Of a stretch of 61,005 bases of DNA, positions 57,999-61,005 are shown piece by piece. The stretch comes from a virus. Its lineage: Duplodnaviria; Caudoviricetes. Under the pieces are notes generated by a model, which had not been told where the DNA came from, ran no database searches, and worked only from the letters and a program-made list of their open reading frames with translations. The stretch is taken from the IMG/VR virus record IMGVR_UViG_3300042476_000679, positions 1 through 61,005 of that record, one strand, 5' to 3'. The first letter of the stretch is position 1. Each line of letters starts with the position of its first letter. A program made the translations under genes and the position numbers.

Positions 57999-60368
57999 TT
58001 ATTCTAGGAATGCTGGACAGTCTGTTGTAGTAATAATTAATTCTTGATTATTCACACTATGTATCTTTAATACTCTAATATTTGCTATTCTATATTTTAG
58101 CGTATTATTTTCAATATATACGTCGGTAATTAAATTCAATTCTTCTGATCCATCATAGGTCGAACAAGAGTCTACAGAAACTGCTGGTGGACCAGGATCA
58201 TTATCGATTAACACATTGAAATCACAACTATTAATAGTATCTACGTTAACAGACACAATGGGATTATTGATGCTTAAAATTTTAAGACTATTTTTTGTAA
58301 TAATTAAATGCCCATTAACTATTTGTATATCTGAAACTATGCTTACCGTATCATAACAATATGGTTCATAATCTATCGGAGCAAAGTTAATATTTACTGG
58401 AGTAAAATTATTAAAATCATTAGCACATTCTCGTGTTGTAATAACCGACTGTGTCGAGTAACTAGAAACTTCGAACGTATCAAAGATTGCAAATTCTTTA
58501 ATAAGATTACCACCATTTAGATTAATACCCTGTAAACCTCTGGCAGCTTGAGGTATTGGTATTGGAGGAGGTGGTGGAGGAGGCAGGCAATTAACTTGAC
58601 ATTCGCAAGGACTTATGCACTGGGTGGCATCATTTACATCTGCTGGTCTAATAGTTCCTACAAAACCAAGAAAACTAGTTGGTTCACAACCATCTGAATC
58701 TATATCTCCTAAGCCCGTTGTATCTAAATCAAAAGTGCCAATTCCACAAATAATTTGATGTCTTACAGCATTAAATTGAGCATCAACACATTCGATATCT
58801 ATTTCTTGAACATAAGATGGACAATCTGGTTTTATCATTGTCCAACTAGCTTTCCATAAATTATCACTATTGTCTTTAGTTAAGGATACGGGGCCTGATG
58901 AAACATACCCTGTAGTTATTCCATATCCATATAACATTCCAAGAAATATACTATCTGGTAAATTATCACATATATTACATCCACTTCCGCTACCACTTTC
59001 ACTACCACATATATTTAAAAAGTAAAGGTCAGACGAGCATTCAACGCATCCACTTTCGCTGCCACTATCACTGCCACTGCCACTCTCACTACCACTTTCG
59101 CTGCCGCTTTCGCTGCCGCTTTCGCTGCCGCTTTCGCTGCCGCTTTCGCTGCCGCTTTCGCTGCCGCTTTCGCTGCCACATATATCGATACTATATGTAT
59201 CTGAAATACAATCTTCACATCCGCTCTCACTACCACTTTCACTGCCACTCTCACTACCACCACAACTACATCCCTCAAAGAAAAATGGCTGATTATCAAC
59301 ATTTCGACTTCCAGAAGTGTTAAATTCAATACATCCAGTTACCATTAATTCCCATGCAGTACTTCGATGTGGTGCATCTACAGACATATAAAAATTACAT
59401 GGTAAATTAAATAATGGTGGAAGGTCTATAAAATCTGGGCCTGTGGTAACAAATCCAGTAGTATAGATTATATTGCCATATTGATCATATATTGTAAAAC
59501 AGTCTGGTATATTATATGTTTTAAAGAACACCTGGAGCTGTGGACAGCATGTTTCCGGACTAGGTATTGGTGTGGGCGTAGGCGTATTCGTCGGTGTTGC
59601 TGATACTCCAATAGTTGGTGTAGGAGTATTCGTCGGTGTTGCTGATACTCCAATAGTTGGTGTAGGAGTATTTGTCGGTGTTGCTGATACTCCAATAGTA
59701 GACGTTGGAGTTGACGTAGGTGATCGAGTCAGGGTCTGAGTTCTTGTTGGTGTTCTAGTTGATGTTCTTGTAAGAGTGAGAGTACGAGTAGGAGTTTTTG
59801 TTGGTGTCGCAGTAAGTCCTGGGGTGGGCGTTAGAGTAACAGGAATAGAATTATTAACGCCAATTTTTTTCCACATAGTAAATAAATATTCATTATCTCC
59901 CAAACCAGCAGGATTGGGTTCGCCATAGAGCTGAAATATCGGATTTGATCCGCTGCTATTATAAACAACAGTCATATCTTTACATTGACGTATTTGTGGC
60001 AAATAGTCTCTGTGACAAATTGTTTGAATATAACCATTAGGATTATCTATTTGTGGAGGTGGATTTATCCATTTTTTATAATCCCATATGATTGCTAAAT
60101 ATCCTGTAGAAGTATTAACAATACCATACGATCCAACACCATTACAGTATGGACAAATTTTACCAAGAGCAAAAGGAACAGGTCCACCAGACTTATATTT
60201 ACCAGAAGATTTTTTTAAACTAACATCATATATACAATTAGGACAAATATTAGTATTTGTTATGCCAAAATTAAAATCACATCTTGTTGTTAATCCATTA
60301 TTAGCTAATAATAAATTAATTTGTTTATTATATATTGATTGTAATAGTGAAAAATCTGGATAGGCCAT
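57999..60368 (-). CDS. Putative head-closure/neck domain fused to Thr/Pro, GSES and Cys-rich extension
   Basis: Follows the adaptor gene. An N-terminal globular domain of about 170 aa with CPNC/CPYC precedes low-complexity repeats. Confidence 0.55.
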   Translation of the reverse strand: MAYPDFSLLQSIYNKQINLLLANNGLTTRCDFNFGITNTNICPNCIYDVSLKKSSGKYKSGGPVPFALGKICPYCNGVGSYGIVNTSTGYLAIIWDYKKWINPPPQIDNPNGYIQTICHRDYLPQIRQCKDMTVVYNSSGSNPIFQLYGEPNPAGLGDNEYLFTMWKKIGVNNSIPVTLTPTPGLTATPTKTPTRTLTLTRTSTRTPTRTQTLTRSPTSTPTSTIGVSATPTNTPTPTIGVSATPTNTPTPTIGVSATPTNTPTPTPIPSPETCCPQLQVFFKTYNIPDCFTIYDQYGNIIYTTGFVTTGPDFIDLPPLFNLPCNFYMSVDAPHRSTAWELMVTGCIEFNTSGSRNVDNQPFFFEGCSCGGSESGSESGSESGCEDCISDTYSIDICGSESGSESGSESGSESGSESGSESGSESGSESGSGSDSGSESGCVECSSDLYFLNICGSESGSGSGCNICDNLPDSIFLGMLYGYGITTGYVSSGPVSLTKDNSDNLWKASWTMIKPDCPSYVQEIDIECVDAQFNAVRHQIICGIGTFDLDTTGLGDIDSDGCEPTSFLGFVGTIRPADVNDATQCISPCECQVNCLPPPPPPPIPIPQAARGLQGINLNGGNLIKEFAIFDTFEVSSYSTQSVITTRECANDFNNFTPVNINFAPIDYEPYCYDTVSIVSDIQIVNGHLIITKNSLKILSINNPIVSVNVDTINSCDFNVLIDNDPGPPAVSVDSCSTYDGSEELNLITDVYIENNTLKYRIANIRVLKIHSVNNQELIITTTDCPAFLE
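59095..59177. repeat. 12-bp tandem repeat CTTTCGCTGCCG (about 7 copies) encoding (GSES)n
   Basis: Read directly from the sequence. Degenerate copies flank it. Confidence 0.9.
59578..59699. repeat. 42-bp tandem repeat (about 3 copies) encoding [14 protein letters not shown]
   Basis: Unit gtaggagtattcgtcggtgttgctgatactccaatagttggt. Confidence 0.9.
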
Positions 60369-60376
60369 ATTCTATC

Positions 60377-60901
60377 TCATGAGTAAAAGTCATTATTTCC
60401 AACATTTCTAAACGGACCAACATTAAGATATCTTGGATCATATCTATTATTAACAAATGGAGACAATACTGCTGCCCAAGCTGTGGCTTCCTTCACATCC
60501 CAATGACTAGTTAACTCATCATATAAAGCACAGGCTCCGTGTTCTAAAATAGCTTTCCAACCATCAACGGAACCACCTACACTTAAACTTGCGGGTCCTA
60601 GAGCTGTTCTAATGCCTTCTAAAGCGGCCTTGGTGCGTAATGTACCTTGATCAATAATGCACGAAGCTTTTAGACACGCTAAACTGATAAAAATTTCATC
60701 GCTATTAACGGTAGGATCAGGACTCATTAGTTTATTAACAACATCTATAGTATATTTATAACTTAAATTTACATCAAATTGCACATATTTTGCTGCCACT
60801 ACTAAAATTTGTTCTATTCTATCATCACTAAATTCATATGGAGTATCTAAATCATTAATTAATACTCTAGTAGTAATAGTCATTTCATCCTGCCATGCCA
60901 T
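60377..60901 (-). CDS. Putative head-tail adaptor
   Basis: RVLIND...FSDDRIEQIL adaptor-like N-terminus. Start moved to ATG 60901 (SD GAGG). Confidence 0.6.
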   Translation of the reverse strand: MAWQDEMTITTRVLINDLDTPYEFSDDRIEQILVVAAKYVQFDVNLSYKYTIDVVNKLMSPDPTVNSDEIFISLACLKASCIIDQGTLRTKAALEGIRTALGPASLSVGGSVDGWKAILEHGACALYDELTSHWDVKEATAWAAVLSPFVNNRYDPRYLNVGPFRNVGNNDFYS

Positions 60902-60963
60902 AATTGACCTCTTCATTAAAATTGGTATGATCAGATCAATGATCAATATATTATAATACACCT

Positions 60964-60991
60964 AAAAAAAAAGGCCGGCACAAGGCCGACC
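60964..60991 (-). terminator. Intrinsic terminator of the upstream gene (outside the window)
   Basis: Minus strand reads GGTCGGC-cttgt-GCCGGCC-TTTTTTTTT. Confidence 0.8.
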
Positions 60992-61005
60992 TTTTCTTTT
61001 TTGAT

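Noticed and set aside
59015-59329. Alternative-frame ORF with (AAKA)n, histone-like in appearance
   Set aside because: It is a by-product of the 12-bp GSES repeat inside the 789-aa gene and has no independent start signals.
59578-59699. 42-bp repeats as a possible CRISPR array next to a genome encoding a Cas4-like protein
   Set aside because: The repeats are head-to-tail with no spacers and are in-frame coding. The Cas4-like gene is a solo replication-module nuclease.
130-60961. Stop-codon reassignment (alternative genetic code)
   Set aside because: Standard code gives dense, full-length genes, and TAA, TGA and TAG all end genes at sensible positions.

Overview
This window is a 61-kb segment of a large, AT-rich tailed dsDNA phage, probably a long-tailed siphovirus (tail tube present, no sheath seen). 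A Planctomycetota-type host is suggested only by recalled family resemblance. It has two convergent arms that meet at about 29.26 kb. The + arm (130-29261) carries nucleotide metabolism and replication genes: class II RNR, PhoH, HNH, RecA, DnaB, primase, dNMP kinase, a Cas4-like nuclease, an intein-free split DnaE with a DEDDh exonuclease between the halves, and SSB. These are followed by a large glycosyltransferase cluster (GT4, HtrL/YibB, GT60, GT-B, methyltransferase). The - arm (60901 down to 29253) is the head-tail/tail operon: adaptor, Thr/Pro- and Gly/Ser-rich proteins, two leishmanolysin-like (M8) metalloproteases, GT71 and GT-A transferases, tail tube, paralogous chaperones, a 2958-aa tape measure protein, duplicated tail-tip proteins and a mucin-like protein. 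The most notable items are: (1) the tape measure carries an internal cassette with two PD-(D/E)xK nuclease-like domains punctuated by repeated [FYL]xxGG motifs and bracketed by a duplicated module, a candidate injected and processed effector polyprotein; (2) a candidate protist-like virion O-glycosylation and surface-coat toolkit; (3) a split DnaE with two possible proofreaders. All calls come from motif reading by eye; no searches were run.
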